From the NCBI RefSeq assembly GCF_003334315.1, contig NZ_QOWR01000130.1: a stretch of 648 nucleotides of DNA; one strand, given 5' to 3'. Shown here in pieces: positions 1-648 of this stretch. The notes beneath the pieces were generated by a model. The model saw only the letters and a list, made by a program, of their open reading frames with translations. It searched no databases and was not told the DNA's origin. How positions within the stretch are numbered: the stretch's first letter is position 1; each line of letters starts with the position of its first letter. This stretch comes from Escherichia coli (GTDB lineage Bacteria > Pseudomonadota > Gammaproteobacteria > Enterobacterales > Enterobacteriaceae). The position numbers were made by a program, and so were the translations under genes.

Positions 1-438
1 AGGCCGCAGTCGGTAACCTCGCGCATACAGCCGGGCAGTGACGTCATCGTCTGCGCGGAAATGGACGAACAGTGGGGCTATGTCGGGGCTAAATCGCGCC
101 AGCGCTGGCTGTTTTACGCGTATGACAGTCTCCGGAAGACGGTTGTTGCGCACGTATTCGGTGAACGCACTATGGCGACGCTGGGGCGTCTTATGAGCCT
201 GCTGTCACCCTTTGACGTGGTGATATGGATGACGGATGGCTGGCCGCTGTATGAATCCCGCCTGAAGGGAAAGCTGCACGTAATCAGCAAGCGATATACG
301 CAGCGAATTGAGCGGCATAACCTGAATCTGAGGCAGCACCTGGCACGGCTGGGACGGAAGTCGCTGTCGTTCTCAAAATCGGTGGAGCTGCATGACAAAG
401 TCATCGGGCATTATCTGAACATAAAACACTATCAATAA
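1..438 (+). CDS. insB: IS1 transposase InsB reading frame (C-terminal part of the InsAB' frameshift-fusion transposase); 5'-partial at window edge
   Basis: Frame 1 is open from position 1 ([145 protein letters not shown]) with a TAA stop at 436..438. The ATG at 61 reported by the ORF track is an internal methionine. From established knowledge, InsB is expressed as InsAB' via a -1 frameshift at a site just upstream of this window, not from that ATG. Confidence 0.92.
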   Translation, partial: RPQSVTSRIQPGSDVIVCAEMDEQWGYVGAKSRQRWLFYAYDSLRKTVVAHVFGERTMATLGRLMSLLSPFDVVIWMTDGWPLYESRLKGKLHVISKRYTQRIERHNLNLRQHLARLGRKSLSFSKSVELHDKVIGHYLNIKHYQ

Positions 439-453
439 GTTGGAGTCATTACC
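431..453. repeat. IS1 terminal inverted repeat (right end, IRR), ~23 bp
   Basis: The IS1 terminus GGTAATGACTCCAACTTATTGAT appears as its reverse complement at the element boundary. The exact inner limit of the IR is approximate. The insB stop codon lies inside it. Confidence 0.8.
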
Positions 454-648
454 CCAAACATCATATAATAATTGATATAAATTATACAAACCCAAAGGAT
501 CCATCCTTATTATCGGATTCAGTGGGTAATTATACAGGTTCCATCCCCCCTCCAGCCCAATGGGGTCTTGTGTAATATACCGCCCCTGCAACGGATCGTA
601 GTACCGGTGACGGTTATAGTACAGCCCTGATTCCTCATCATGCTGCTG
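454..648 (-). pseudogene. Rhs-family (YD-repeat / RHS repeat-associated core domain) protein, 3' end of core plus first 11 codons of the C-terminal variable region; interrupted by IS1, 5'-partial at window edge
   Basis: Minus-strand translation from 648, with no stops: [65 protein letters not shown]. This contains the hallmark Rhs core terminus ([10 protein letters not shown]...GRYI(T/S)QDPIGL...NLYxYxxNP....DPxGL), with [10 protein letters not shown] encoded at 487..516. The frame runs directly into IS1 sequence at 453. GC-rich core-like codon usage at 541..648 gives way to very AT-rich sequence at 454..~500, as expected at a core/toxin boundary. Confidence 0.85.

Larger units (their letters stand above)
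1..453 (+). mobile_element. IS1 insertion sequence, partial (right-hand ~450 bp of the ~768 bp element; left part lies upstream of the window)
   Basis: The translation of 1..438 matches the IS1 InsB sequence as I recall it, and the element terminates at 453 with the characteristic IS1 end ...CACTATCAATAAGTTGGAGTCATTACC. Sequence composition changes abruptly at 453/454. Taking the IS1 end as 453 of a ~768 bp element, the window would start near IS1 coordinate ~316. Confidence 0.92.

Noticed and set aside
114-404. 96-aa minus-strand ORF ([16 protein letters not shown]...) from the six-frame track
   Set aside because: It lies entirely antisense to insB inside IS1, is Cys/Arg/Ser-rich with no recognisable motifs, and is typical of spurious antisense ORFs in a GC-rich coding region. 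There is no support for it as a gene.
61-438. Stand-alone 125-aa CDS beginning at ATG 61
   Set aside because: The same frame is open from base 1 and matches InsB upstream of this Met. The ATG is internal, so it is annotated as partial insB 1..438.
456-500. AT-rich stretch with TATAAT-like hexamers just outside IS1, possibly a promoter or an IS1-generated hybrid promoter
   Set aside because: The AT-richness is explained by it being the in-frame start of the low-GC Rhs C-terminal region on the minus strand. There is no downstream gene in the window for it to drive, and -10-like hexamers are expected by chance in sequence this AT-rich.
497-502. GGATCC palindrome (BamHI site) within the DPLGL-encoding segment
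   Set aside because: It is a 6-bp palindrome arising from the Asp-Pro codons, with no flanking structure to suggest a regulatory or cloning-junction role.
373-591. 72-aa minus-strand ORF called as an independent gene starting at codon 589..591
   Set aside because: The 'start' is an internal TTG (Leu) of the Rhs core frame, which is open all the way from the window edge at 648. The distal 26 codons are IS1 sequence read through. It is re-interpreted as part of the interrupted rhs gene, not a separate CDS.
1-648. Any CRISPR array, tRNA/ncRNA, or novel defence/toxin system
   Set aside because: There are no direct repeats with spacers and no tRNA-like structure. Both coding frames are accounted for by IS1 InsB and an Rhs core fragment, so nothing remains unexplained that would justify calling a new system.

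Overview
The window is the junction between a partial IS1 insertion sequence (1..453) and a truncated rhs gene (454..648, minus strand). Positions 1..438 encode the C-terminal ~145 codons of the IS1 InsB transposase reading frame on the + strand, followed by the IS1 terminal inverted repeat ending ...GGAGTCATTACC at 453. The remaining 195 bp encode, on the minus strand, the conserved C-terminal end of an Rhs/YD-repeat core domain, including the PxxxxDPxGL demarcation motif. IS1 has inserted 11 codons downstream of that motif, at the start of what would be the variable C-terminal toxin domain. The two frames are convergent. I see no evidence of a novel system here: the window is explained by a well-known IS element interrupting a polymorphic-toxin (Rhs) gene, most likely in an Enterobacteriaceae genome such as E. 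coli or Shigella. All identifications rest on reading the translations and on recalled family knowledge; no database search was run.
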